A stretch of 64,000 nucleotides of DNA from positions 24,552,001-24,616,000 of the forward strand of contig CM069137.1 of the NCBI GenBank assembly GCA_035221665.1. Reading direction: 5' to 3'. The notes beneath the pieces are model-generated. The model was not told the origin of the DNA. It saw nothing but the letters and a program-made list of their open reading frames with translations, and did not search any database. This stretch comes from Okamejei kenojei. Taxonomy: Eukaryota. Made by a program: the position numbers and the translations under genes. This document shows positions 25,752 through 38,963 of this stretch, piece by piece; within the stretch, counting starts at the first letter, position 1, and each line of letters begins with the position of its first letter.

Positions 25752-26190
25752 AAACATGGCTGGTGATAGCTCTTTGAGTTCTGAGTCAGAAACTCAATTG
25801 TTTAAATCATACTCTAGTGACTTGAGCGCAGAGAACTAATCTAACAGTCCAGTGCAATGCAGAGAGAGTGCTGTTGAAGGTGCTGTCTTTCGGATGCATA
25901 CATAAACTGGGGTCCCATCTGCCTTCTAGAGTGGACATGAGATGATGCCTCCATGCTATTTCCAAAAGGAGCATGACAGTTAACCTGGCCAATAGCTATC
26001 CTTCAAGTCTACATCCTTAAAGCAAAGTATGTGGTCATTGTGGCATTGTTATTTGCGGGGGCTAGTGGGGTTATTTGCCTGCCACACTTTCTACAGCATG
26101 GTAGAGATGACACTTTAAAGGTATTTTGCAGACCCTAAGGAACTGCTATGTTTTGAGATCATGAAAGATGCTCTATACACATTGTCTTTG
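25752..26190 (+). mobile_element. DeuSINE, near full length, diverged
   Basis: tctgagtcagaa head, ggtgctgtctttcggatg..taaactggggtcccatctgcc, cctggccaat, catgaaagatgctctata tail. Confidence 0.72.
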
Positions 26191-26316
26191 TATGTATTTT
26201 AACACATAATTGCATTTTACAGCAGAACACTGGCAATACCTTTAAGTAAATGTTGCGTTCTGTTTGAAAAAGGTGACACCAAGACTGAATTTTATTAAAT
26301 TACGTACTGAGGGTAA

Positions 26317-27067
26317 AGGGCCTGTCCCACTGACATGACCTTTCTGCAACTGTCTTCGACCTTCAAGCTCGAGGACACTCGCCTGAAAAACCTAGAGCTG
26401 GATCGACCGTCAGCGATGAAACCGCGAGCTGGATCGACCGACCGCGCACACGCTCACACACACACACACACACACACAAACACATCGCAAAGGCGGGGGC
26501 CAGGGAAAGCGGGGGAGCGCTGTCTGAAGTTCACACCCACGATGAAGAGGAAGGTAAAAGACGGCTGCACAGTGTACGGTAAGCCCTTTCGAGAGCGCGG
26601 TGGGAGGGGGGGAGAAGGCGGGGAGAAGGAGTGGAGACACTTTTATGAAGCCAGACAATTTCTAATAAAGTTTAGCGAGCATTTAACATTACTGGTCGGT
26701 TATTCTTAGTCCTGAAAACTCCAATGAGCCAATTAAAATGCCCGGTCAGCGAAGGAGATTGCCTACGGCTGCCCTCGACTGCCTATAACTACATAGTGAC
26801 CCCACTCCACTGCACTATGAGTTCAAAAGAACCATGCCGACCAATTTTTATTCGCTGAAAGTTTTTCAACAAATTTTCAACACGTTGAAAATTTTTCCTT
26901 GGCCAAACTGAGGCCACGAGTATGCGGGAACTTCCCTCGAGCATGAAGGAGAGTTCCAGTGACCTCAAAGGACCTCCTAGGACCACGTGTCGACCATGCT
27001 GCGAGCTTGAGTCGAGGGCAAACTCTTCTAAACTCGCAGATTTGGTCGCCGCAGTGGGACAGCCCCT
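26317..27067. mobile_element. Non-autonomous TIR DNA transposon, PIF/Harbinger-like
   Basis: TIRs AGGGCCTGTCCCACTG / CAGTGGGACAGCCCCT (1 mismatch in 16). Flanks TAA / CAA fit a degenerate 3-bp TSD. GC- and CpG-rich interior, no transposase. Confidence 0.72.
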
Positions 27068-28107
27068 CAAGGAATTTGCGCGCGGGTATTGTGGTTGCAC
27101 TTGTTGATGTTCTTTGTGTAGATCATGTTTGTGGTACACCTGATCTGGTCGCATATGTATTCCTATTTAAAGATCTTGTCCAGGTGATCGGTGGTGCTGC
27201 CAAGTGACTACTTTTAGGAGTTATGCAAGACCTGCAACCTGTATCTATGTCTAACTGCAATCCGTATCTATGTCTAACTGCAATGCACCAAGTTCAATGC
27301 CAAAGATTATTTTACTTGAACCTTGCTGGCTCATTGCCTTTTGAATTGTGTAGGGTGTGGTGCAGAAATACTGCTGAACTGTGTGCCAATTACCTACAGC
27401 TATGGAAGTCTACACTGGCATTGCTAAAGTGTATTGTGTGATAAAGCAGATCATGATACCGTTTTCCACTAGCTGCCTTATTGAGCCAAACTGAAAATTC
27501 ATTTTGAAATGAGAATGCTCATTCCCAATAGACATGTGTGTAAAGTGTTTATGTTGTGCCTCTGATCTATTTAACTAATGACATATATTAAAAGAATAGT
27601 GGCAAAGTGGTAACTTCTGTGAAGTGGACATTGTCATCTCTGGTTGAATGATCCTATTTTGGTGATTGGCTGATATATACTTCCACCAACTAGGATACTC
27701 TACTGAAAATATGAAAATTATCCATTCATGTCCCGGATTTGGACTCCTCCACACCACTATTCCGATTACCGTTCACTATCATGTGCAATAAGGAAAGATT
27801 TGATTAATGCATTTTCATTCTCAATTAGACTTAAGTTTCAAAGCAGTCCCATTGTGCAAGGGCAGTCAGCATGCCAGATCTTTGCTCAAGATCAGTTTAT
27901 TTCACTCATCTGTAATTACGGATGCTTCATTCATCAAACTGATTCCTTTAATTTTCCCGAATTTGTAACCATGCTCAGCAATGGTGAGCAATGTTCTTAA
28001 GGGCTGATAATTGGAGTGTACAGTTCCATGGATCTGCATAACAACAACCAGGTTCTCTTTGGTCACTAAGCAGAGCATACATTTCTACCCATATTGTATA
28101 TGCAATA

Positions 28108-28480
28108 CGATAAAAGTTTATTAATCCCCGGAGGGAAATTGGTCTGCCGACAGTCACTACAGACAAGGTACACAAAAACTTAAAATTAAAAGTGAAAACA
28201 AAAAGAAAAAGACAAGCATCTGTTGGCTGGTGCCTTCACCGGGACAAATGAACAAACAAACACAGACTTATCCCCTGGACGGAGGATTCTCAACTAGGGT
28301 GCTCCCCCATACCGGGTCCCCCTTTGTTCACCCACTGTCCCTCACAGCGCTCCCACCACGATGAGTCCCCATTGTTCTTAACGGCGGTCTCCCAGTGCCG
28401 GGTCCCATTGTCTTCCCCTCCCCCTTCACACTCATCGACTGCGAGGCCCCACTGCCGCCGAGTCTCCCGCTGCCGTACAT
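28108..28480 (-). mobile_element. LINE 3' end with Rex1/Babar-style tail
   Basis: Minus strand ends aatttccctccggggattaataaactttt; GC-rich 3' region upstream of it. Confidence 0.45.
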
Positions 28481-28659
28481 GAATAAGCTTTCTTGTCCAT
28501 GTGGTATTGTAATCACCTGCTCTGTAATGTACAAGGCCAAGGCCAGTGTTGGCAATGTCATTTTAAAATATCATATTTTAACTGTAGTAGACCATATATA
28601 CTTTCTGCTCTCCTCTAACCCTCAGTCTCCCACCAACATGGACATATTACACGAATGGA

Positions 28660-28975
28660 GACACAAATGACTGCAGATGCTGGCATCCTGAGCAAAAAAA
28701 AAGAACTGCTGGAGGAACTTAGCGCGTCAGGCAGCTTCGAACTGATAACGTTTTGGGTAGGGCTTTTCTTGGTGACTGGAGTAGAGGGGATAGAGCTGGT
28801 AGAAAGAGGATGGAGCAAGAGCTGGGCAGGTATGAGGTAAATGTGCTGGCAAGTGATAGATTAATCCAAGCCACCTGGATTCACCTGTCACTTGCCAGCT
28901 CTTGCCTACCCCTTCGCCTCACCTCTTTCTACCAACTACTCCCCTCTACCCCAGCAGTTTGAAATGGGTTTTTGC
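28660..28975. mobile_element. PLE-derived inverted-end repeat (diverged)
   Basis: actgcagatgctggcatc..gcgtcaggcagc arm, purine-rich segment, then its inverted pyrimidine-rich counterpart. Confidence 0.55.
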
Positions 28976-29509
28976 CCCTTAATGAGGGAAACAAATGTAA
29001 CCCATCAGGTTGATGATCGGACATAGACAGTCTGGCAAGTGCTTGGTTCCATCACAGGGAACAAGGCAAAAGAAAATCTGTCTTTCCCCCATGTTAGCAC
29101 AAATCTCGTACAATTTCAGCTCAAGAATTTCAGGCCCATTTGTCACATCCACTTAAACTGAGCTGCTATCTTCATGCATAGGCTTTTAGCACAAATATTA
29201 CTGAAATGAAATGAAAGTAGCCTTTAAGTAACAGTAACACAAGGAAAGGCATTATGACTCCCTTGATAGCTCAGCGTGTTTTATATGGCCAGTACCTGAA
29301 TTGTACAGGCCAGGAATATTTATTCACAGCATGTTAATTTAGCTGTTTTCAGCAGAAGCAGCTAGTCCCCTTCCCGCCCCATCACGTGCCCTCCTCCACC
29401 CCTCCTTACTGGGTGCATCAATGCCTGGAATGGGAGTGGTGGGTGGGAAATAACCACGGTTATCCACGATCCTAATCAAAGTCCTTCCCCGCAGCAGAAC
29501 AGGCTTCTT

Positions 29510-29780
29510 TTGTCTTCTATCCATGTTCTTCAGCGATGCTGCCTGACCTGCTGAATTACTCTGGCACTCTGTGTCCTTTTTTTTTGTCAACAAGCATCTG
29601 CAGTTCTTTGTTCCTACTATCTCCTTTCGTCCCCTCCCAGTTCCGACAAAGGATGTTCAACCTGAAATGTTAGCTCTGTTTCTCTTCCCACAGACGCATC
29701 CTGACTAGCTGAGTATATCCAGCATGTTCTGTTTTTATTTCAGACTTCCGACATCTGCTGTTTGTATTTGCTTTTCACTT
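29510..29780 (+). mobile_element. Two tandem PLE-derived 3' ends (young and old subfamilies)
   Basis: gatgctgcctgacctgctg..catctgcagttc, then ttccgacaaaggatgttcaacctgaaatgttagctctg..gctgagtatatccagc. Confidence 0.55.
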
Positions 29781-32081
29781 TCTGTTGGAAGTGCCTTTAG
29801 ACGGATAAACTGTGAGAGCAGGATCAGGCCTGACTGCGTGTTCACTGATGCCCAGCACCAGGTGTAAGACACAAACACTGATTATTGGGCTTGGTTATTG
29901 GGAATCATCTGATCTTACTCCAGAAACGAGAGAATTTATTTCAAAGGACAGAAGTGGAATGAAAATTTAAGGGAAACTAATGTTAAAAAGAATTCAGTCA
30001 AACAACAGTGGGCTTATTTTTGCAATAGGCTACAACTATTTATTTCAAAACATAAATATCACATGCCAAGCAGCAATGCTAAATATTTTGCCGTTTTGAA
30101 ATGGAACTGTTAAATATACCAGGGAGCACAAGGGTTAATTATTCTACAATCGTAAATACAACAGGACAAAGAAAAGTATAAAAATAAGTTGAATTGCCTA
30201 CCTACCCTCTTGCTTTTCTGTTGAAACAATGCAGTGTGCATTGTAAGTCTTTGTGAACGAGAGTGGGTGGGAGTGAGCTGTGTGCCTTGCCCTTGTCCAG
30301 TTTTCGGTCGAAACAAATTGATGCTGATGCAATGTAGTTGGCATCTGGTCAACTCTGTGGGATGAGATTTGCTGCCAGTGCAGTCCCCCAGGTGGTTATG
30401 CGCTCTGTAATGGCTGGTGGAGGGAAGGCAATGGAAACTGATATCCACTGTTGTTACATGTAAAATACTTAACCCCAGCATTATTCTCTTAGATAATGAA
30501 GGGATAGTCCAGATTATTAATGTTTTATTACTTTATCTATGTAAGCATACCTTTTCTTCTACTGCTGACATTCAGGGGGGTTATGCAATGCCTTGCCTAA
30601 ATACGTGGGCCAAGGAAAAATATAGTCCTGTTCTATTCTTGCAGGGTTAACTTTTACACAAGCTATTTTGTTAAGCCACAGAACTCAAACAAATATTTTC
30701 CCCCTTGCTTAGTTGAAGTCAGTTATGCGCCTTCAGTGCCAGCTAAGCTGAACCTACACGGGACGGTGCAGACCAAGGATTAGACTTCCAGTGTGCATAT
30801 AGTCAGTGTGACCCAGTGCACCACATTTACCTATTGACCCTTGCAGGAAATTGCACTGAGCAATGACCTGGACTTTTGTGCAAAATGGGTGATGTTTACA
30901 TGTGTAACAGTGGTATTTCCCTCAGTAAGTGAAGGAAAGTTAGGGACTCCCGTGAAAGCATGTGGAAATATGCTGTAATATATAGACATTCCCCACAGTT
31001 GATCGTTGCTGTTATTCTGACTGATGTTATTCTGATGTTGGGACTCTTCATAGATTCTAGCCATGGAGTATCACCACCCCACGTTTCCCAGAAGTTATGT
31101 AGAGAAATCAGCTGACAAAGAAAACCAGGTGCTTTTGTTGTGTTTAATTAATTTTCAAATTATTTTAAAAAATTCACAAACATGTTCACTTTTTTTATAA
31201 TGATCAATGTGAGAAACACACACAAACATTCAAATTATTTGATAGCATTGATAGACAGTGTCCTCCAGAGGTGTGTCTTTTCCAGCTGTTAAAGCATTTC
31301 CATGGGATTTCCAGTCAGAAGGCACTGCACCGCACAAGAGTTTATTTATCAGGTCAGGGTTGACTTCATCCAGGAAATCCCCAGCAGACAGGAGAGAAAC
31401 AAGTGTGGATAGCTAACCGCTCCCAGGAAATTTGGGATCAAATTTTAACTGGAAAACTCTTGCCGTCTTTATTTCAATGTCAATTTGAACTTACATTTGA
31501 AGTTTGATTACAACGAAGTACATTTCCCCTCACTGTTGTATTGTATTCGTTTCTCTTGACAACATGAAAACTCAGATGCTTCAGTTATGCCTGGAAATTC
31601 TTTGGAATAGAGGGAGGTTTGATACAGAACAAATATTGAATTGATCCACTGTGGGGATTCAGCTCTATGAGAGTATTTGGAAAGTGAAACATCTCAAATG
31701 AGTATGACGTGAGTTTTGTCTCCTTTGAGAAAACAAAAGCTCAAGACAATTGCATGGTATTTGCTACAGCAAGAACACAAGGAAAATATTTCCTACTAAC
31801 ATTTGTTTGGATTTGGAATCATTAACCTGAAATGATGGACAATGTCGATTGCATAAACCATGTTAATGGTGGTCGAGGGTGAGAAATCTATTGCTTTGGC
31901 CTAAATGCAGCTGTGCAGGATTGACCCCCAAGAGTTCTTTGAGAATAGCTAGCCCAAGCAAAATCGGCTGCCTGACCTCCCTTTGTGCTGTAAACCTCTA
32001 CAATCATGACTGTGATATGATCATCTACTAAATGCATGTATGAGTAGTCACTGCTTAGATATCCAAAGGCATGTTTACTGT

Positions 32082-32295
32082 GTAGGATGGAACTGCAGAT
32101 TAAACCCAAGATAGACACAAAAAGCTGGAGTAAGTCAAAAGGACAGCGGGACAGGCAGCATCTCTGGAGAGAAAGAGTGGGTGACATTAAAGGTCAAGAC
32201 CCTTTTTCAGTCTGAAGAAGGGTCTCAACCTGAAACATCACCCATTCTTTCTTTCTGGAGATGCTGAGTTACTCCTGCTTTTTGTGCCTATCTTT
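32082..32295. mobile_element. PLE-derived palindromic repeat with back-to-back decayed hammerhead motifs
   Basis: Centre cctttttcag-t-ctgaagaagggtctcaacctgaaacatc (32212-32239). Diverged ~15-bp TSD ggcatgtttactgtg / ggcttgttgattgtg. Confidence 0.7.
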
Positions 32296-35200
32296 GGCTT
32301 GTTGATTGTGGGATATATCACAGATGCATCATTGTTCTACATTTCTCTTATGGCATAAGAGGAGACCATTCAGCCCACAGAATCTATGCCATCATTCCAA
32401 GACATTTCTCTGCAGCCTTCCTCTTACACTTGCCCCTTAACACCACCACCCCTTCCCCTCCATCTCACTCGGCAGTTCTAACTAAAGCTAGATCAATGTC
32501 AGCCTGTGGCGGTCCGGATACCAGTTTGCTTCAGTTACATTTGAGAAAATCCCACTCAACTGAATGAAGCCAGACACAAAGTTCTGAAATTGTTGTGCCA
32601 GCATTAATGGTTCAAGCAAAAGTTGGCACTTTTCCAAGGTTGGGTTTCAATTTCTCAAGGAACAGGAAAGATTTGCCATTTTACAATATGAATCGGCCAG
32701 CTTTAATCTTCAGGTTGCCATTTAATGCAATCAACATGAAAAGCTCAGTTACATTTGGATTTCAGCGTATGATTTTAATATTGTCTCAGGAGTTGGAACA
32801 TCATGTGGGTGTAAATCATTTAGAAGCTCAGTAACACCATACTTGCTCAGAGAAAACCCATTTGATCGGGATATGCAGCTGCTTTGATTTGCAGACAAAC
32901 TACTACATGTAAGAAGATTTTAGGTGACTGTGTCATTTATTGCTGCTTTGGTACGAGGTTGTTTGTTTTCTTCTTCTTCCCTTCTGGCCTACATTTTGTT
33001 TTATGGTCCTCTGACGATAAACAACATTTTTCTAATTTTTATCTGGCCTAAGGCTCAGGAGGAAAATCATTGCATGTTTGTTTTCTTTGACTTGTAAATG
33101 TTCAAGCTGTACGACGCCCGGGCTGTCGACTGAAGGGGGTTCTGCTGCAGTCCCACGCTCTTTTTGCAAACACGTCATCGTGGATCTGTAAGAGGGAAAG
33201 CAAATTCTCTCTTTGGCAAGCATTGAGACCTGACGTAGGGCCAGGAGGGGCCTTGACATAGCGTGCCAATTTTACCCATTCTACAAATCCTGTGAGCTTC
33301 CAAGTGACAACAGATATTTCAAGGGGGAGTAGATTTATGGTTTGGTTTAGCTTTTGTTGGCACCTATATGTTCTCTCGTGGTTGGCCAAGGAACGGGGAA
33401 AAATTGTACAGAGGTCTTCCACCTTTGCTGTTTAAATTATTTAACCAAGCAGGAACAAGGCTCTCTTCTGCCTCTTGAGGAGTTGTGGTTTGTAAAGGCT
33501 AAAATCGCTTCATCATGCCAAACTGAAAGTATGCATACATTATTCAGTAAAATCTGAGAAACTCTTACCACTCTTGGGGAATCTTCCTTGCCTTAGCCGC
33601 TTAAATTTCAGAAGAGTGGGCAATTTTATTTTTCTCTTGAAGAAGGCTATGTGCGTTCTTCATAGTTTCAAGGCAGTCCTGCATCAGCTTAGAAAGAAAT
33701 GTGATAACTGATACAGGGGATTACTGTGCAGTTTGATCCAAGAATTAACCAAAATTAACTGCGTTCCAGTGGAACCTGCATTTACTTTCACAAAACATTA
33801 TTTTCTAAGGAGGAGAATGCTTGGGATTTGTAATAAGAAAAATCTTACTTTGGGAGGGGTTGTAGGATGGGGAGTATGGTTTGGCAGGAAATACAGCCTC
33901 ATGAGTAATAGCGCAACAGTAATTAGCTGAATAGTTCACTGTCATATTTATTTCAGTTTTGTCAATACATGGGATCGATTGGAAATTGTGCCCTCGATTC
34001 CTTTTTTGTCATTCTCTCTTTGGTATGTATTTGAATTTCCATACGTCAAATAATTGTACTGCCATTAAGGCATTAGAAGGAAAAAATAGGAAAAGAATTA
34101 ACGGGCCCAGCAATGGAGGAGGGTAGAATTGAGCCTTATCGTCTTGTAGTATCCTGTGACATACATTTATCTTCTCTTGGCTAAAACTAGCAGCACCTAT
34201 CTCCTCCCCTCCCCAAATATGCGTGATGGATGGGTGTTGCACTTACACGAAGGAACTGAAGAAGCTGCAGACATGTAGTCTATTAGATAAGATTCCAAAT
34301 AAAGCGAATTACTCCATTCTGGACCCAGTTTTAAACTAGTTGTAATCGTAGTGACATGTCCAACAAGTCCCTGCTTACAGTACGAGGTTAAATATCTTAT
34401 ATTACTTACATATGATTGCGAGTGCAGTAGACGACACCGACTTAATGAATTACTGACACAACAAATTTTACTCGCTAACCCAGTTTTGAACACTAGCAAT
34501 ATTGTACTTTCCCAGCCGATGCTGCAAACGGAATCACGCTGTCTTCGAGGCCGAGAATATGAAATTAAGTATGGAAAATGTGATATGGCTGCCTTCCCAG
34601 ATTCTCTGTCGCATGCACAAAACAGAACTCTTCTCGACTAGGAGTGCTACCTCCTCTTTTCACACTAAGTATTCTAGATGGCAAATGCATGACTTCAGCT
34701 GACAAAATGCTTGTCAGTTAGTATGTAAATTATCCGCACAAAGCTATGTGGATGCAAAATGCAACAAACAGCATGTAGTGGTGAAAATTGAGACGGAGGC
34801 TAAACAAGCGTATGAGGCTATAGGTCTTTGGTCGAGGGTGTTATTGGAATGAGCTGCCTCGCCTTGGTTCACGGTGCTACAGGTTCATAATATTCTGTTT
34901 TGATAGAGTCAACTGCTGTTGTTGGTGCTCAGAGAGCAGAGGTTAGTCACCACAGAATGTAATTTCTTCTGATCTGACAGAACTGCAGATTGCTGCTATG
35001 GGTTTTCCCTCAGATTTCAGGGAATTGCTTCACGGTGACAAATGATTAGCTGTTATCTCCAAATGAATTTGATTCGTACAAGAAGCTGAGTCAGGTAACT
35101 TCTTAATGTCCGAGGGTTTCTGACAGGAAATGAAAACAGCTTGTTGGTCACACGCGCGCATAAAAAAATAATAATCTTCCCTTTCAGAAATAGATTCTGC

Positions 35201-38200
35201 TTTTTGCTAATTGGACACAGGCTTTACCTCAACTCTCCTGTTTTGCTGGATGTGTCTTTTTTTCCAAGGGACTGGGGTTTGGCCTTGGCATTAATCCCAT
35301 CTGTGAGAAGGTGGGCGGTAAAAGTAGAGGGAGGGGATTGGAAACTGGGATGGCACCTAAAAAGATATTGCAGTCTTCAGGCTATTGTGTTTGTAACTAG
35401 TCTGTGATTTTGGAAGCTGCTAGCTAGAAATATATCTGCTTACCCACATTTGACTCCATTTTCCTTTCAGCAGTAAATGTTGGTACTCTTTATGTGTGCA
35501 GCTGAAATTTCAACCTTCAGTTTTAGTGTGGCCTTTGTTGTGTTTGAAGTTTTTTACATTTTTAAAAATTCATTTTTCTGACACACCAAAGGACATCAAT
35601 ACATATTGCTTGCATTCCCTTTTCCGTGCTAGATGAATAGCATAATTGGCCCCTTTTCTGTTACTTTCACTATGAGCTGTTGGGTTTTACTTCACGATCA
35701 TGGGCAGGTTATAGAAGCCACAGATTTATTTGCATGAAAGGATTATGGAGACACTATCCCATCTGTTGCCTACACTCTCTGGATTTTCTTTTATACTTAA
35801 AAATGTGTTAAAATTCAACATGAATCACACCATGTTGTCTTGGTGAAAATAAATAGCTTCTAGCTTTTTTTGTGCAAAATATCAAAGTAATCAGTGAAAT
35901 TGCAGAAGATGGACAAAATACTTGGTTTCAAAACCCTGTACGGGTTGGTGAAGAATATAATCTTTAGAACCAGAAGCAGTTGTTTCTGGTAGACATCAAA
36001 TGCTAAATGCATGATTACTTTGGTGAAGAAACTGTACAGAACTTCAATAGTTACGTTTTCAAACTTGATAAGCTGTTGAGAAAGAGTTCTTCTCGTTTGT
36101 TAGTCGCCACCAGGTTTCTGCTGGTTTCCTGTGTTGAAAGAAGCAGCCAGCTCTCCTGTACCCACGTAACTGTTTCATTTTCCTTTCTTTCTCCCTCTTT
36201 GAGGGGGAGAGGAAGAATAAAACATTCTAGCTGCCTGACGGTGTCAGATTAAATACTGAGATGGCGACAGGAAGAAGGCTGGAAGGAAAAACAAAAGACA
36301 GGGGGGTGAGAGTTATCAGGTTTTAGGCGGAACGGGATGCTTGTCGGGCTCCAATTTACAGAATCCAAACAGATTTTAGTTGACACAATCTGCAATCATT
36401 ACTGCCAGAGCACAGCTAATTAAGAAATTAGCTTCAGCAATTGTTTGCTTGCATCTTATATGATGAATAGGTGAATAATGTCTTGCTGCTGATGTACCTC
36501 ATGCCAGACATATTCAGGCACGTTAATAAAGTACTGTCTTTTTCTTAGGGCGGGTGTGGGAATATAAAAATGTGGTATTTAGTCTTGCTTTTGTGACATG
36601 TTGGGAAAATCTGAAATATGCTGGACTCGTAATCACTTCTATCCAAATATTTGACTTACTTTAAGTTGTCAAAACACTGATGATCAGGGAAAGGTTAACC
36701 CTTACATTACCTGCAAGGGAAGATTGAGATATCGTTAACTGTGTTTATGTAAAGGTTCATACTTTAATGGTGCACCCAGTGGATTTGGAGAACTCTCCAG
36801 ATTGAGGCAGGCTGGATCTGGTATTTTAGAAATTATCTCTCCTAAGTCCATTCAAACCAGCTGATGTTAACTTCTACTGTGTCAACTTCCATCAGAAGTG
36901 GGCCTTTATCATTAATATCATCTAACAAAATGTTTGTGATTGATTGTTAAAGGGCCATGACTATACACCTAGTTCCGTTGTGACCTGCTATGAGCTCATA
37001 GCTCAGTTTAAAACTTTGCCAGAGTATAGAACAAGTTAGAATTCTACACAGGTTCTGTAATCAAATGATGGCCTTTGAGCTTCTGTTACATTGGTGGTCC
37101 TTCAATTAGTTTGGAAATGTCTTGCTTAAATTGTATATCTTGACAGAACCAATGTTGTCGTTGGTGTGAAAATAAAAACATCAGGAAATATGCTGTTTAG
37201 TTGCTGGAGTTAAGTTTAATATTTATCTGTCCTTGTTCCCAACACACTACCGACATCTAATGTATGACCATCAAAACCTCTTCAAATGCCAGTGTTTATT
37301 TGTGCTGTGCAATTCAATGCAAGCATTACTGTGAAACACAGGTCAGTTATTTATGTTCTACACTCTGCAAGTAGTTTTGCCTTAAGAGACCCTTAACACG
37401 GAAAGCAAATTCAGTTGGAGATCCTGTTTGGTTCAAATATGAGCCGCTATGCAATCACCCCCTCCTCTTACCCCCCCACCCCACCTCCCACTGCACCACT
37501 CCCGCCCCACACCACAAAGGTCATAGTGGCAAGAGTTATTTTTCCCCCAAAATTCTAGCAGCATCACAAATTGCAACAAAGTGGAATAAAGTTTTGGCTG
37601 AGATGGTGACATGCATTATTTATATCGATAGCACTACTCTAAAAAAAATAATTATTTCCAGTGAGAAATGCAAGGGCATGAGAGATGATAAGCTTATCTC
37701 AATTGAGTCTCCTGTCTGCACACGTGCAAACAGGAACCAGTTGAATTTAGCCCAGCTTGTTTGGATCCACCTCAGACAGGTTCAATAACAAGTTAGTTAA
37801 AAATGAAACAGCCCTGTGTACATGTGTGCACAGAAGATTTTGTTTAGATGGCTTTATCAGAGGCTCAAATGCTTGTTGCAACCATCTGTACTGGTTTTGA
37901 TCTAATACCTATTCAAATCAACATTGAACTATTGTAAAAAATGCATGTTTAAAGCAACAGGGCCTTTAATTTGCTGCTTCTAAATGTAACTGTCTTGTTA
38001 GAAGTATTTATAAACTTGTATTTACTTCTCTTCTCACTGTGGAATCTTTTATCACTAAAAGCAGCACCATTTCTTATTAAAGTGCCTTTGATATATTTTA
38101 GAAAAACAAACCCTTTTGGTGTAAATTCAACAGTATTTTCATTACGTTACTGAGATCGGGATGGGAATGCTCTGGGATTTGGAATGCCTTATTTTGAATG

Positions 38201-38402
38201 TGAAATACGTTCGTTCAGTCTTAAGACTCTGCATCCTTACTGCTTTCCCATTTCTTTAACAGCATATTGAAAACTCCATGGGTATCACTGGATTTCTCCC
38301 ATCTCTGGCATGTGTAGTGTAGTGCAAGTAAAGTTTCTAACCAGCTTATAACTTTCTAAATGCACAGTGCTGGCTGATCATCAAATTCAGATCAAATAAC
38401 TA

Positions 38403-38732
38403 GGGTGGCACAGTGACGCAGCTGGTAGTGCTGCTGCCTCACAGCGTCAGAGACCCGGGTTCAATCCTGATCGTGGGTGATGTGTCTGCGTGGAGTTTGC
38501 ACGTTCTCCCTGTGACCGTGCAGATTTCCTCCAGCTGCTTCAGTTTCCTCCCATATCCCAAAGACGTGGGGGTTTGTACATTAATTGGCCTCTGTAAAAT
38601 TTCCCCTAGTGTGTAGGGGGTGGATTTGAATGTGGGATAACATAGAACTAGTGTGAACGGGTGATCACTGGTCAGTGTGGGCTCGGTAAGTCAAACGGCC
38701 TGGTTTCCTACTACATCTCTAAACTAAGCTAA
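38403..38732 (+). mobile_element. HE1-type V-SINE
   Basis: Head gggtggcacagtg.., B-box gggttcaatcc, V-domain, tail ctctaaactaag. Confidence 0.85.
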
Positions 38733-38963
38733 GAGAACAGCAGCGTGCCAGTGAAACTATATAGAAGGGTAAGAAAGTTTTGAAACTCCTTGGTAGGCAG
38801 AATTTAAAACCAGTTGACTATGACATTAAGAGAAAAGGGGAAGAGGCTTTGGAGAGGCAATGTGGTTGGATGGGAAAGTTGAAGATTATGCATTTTCTGT
38901 CATAGAAGAAAAATAGATCAAAGCAGCAAAATACTCTTTCAAACCGTTCTATTATGATCTATA

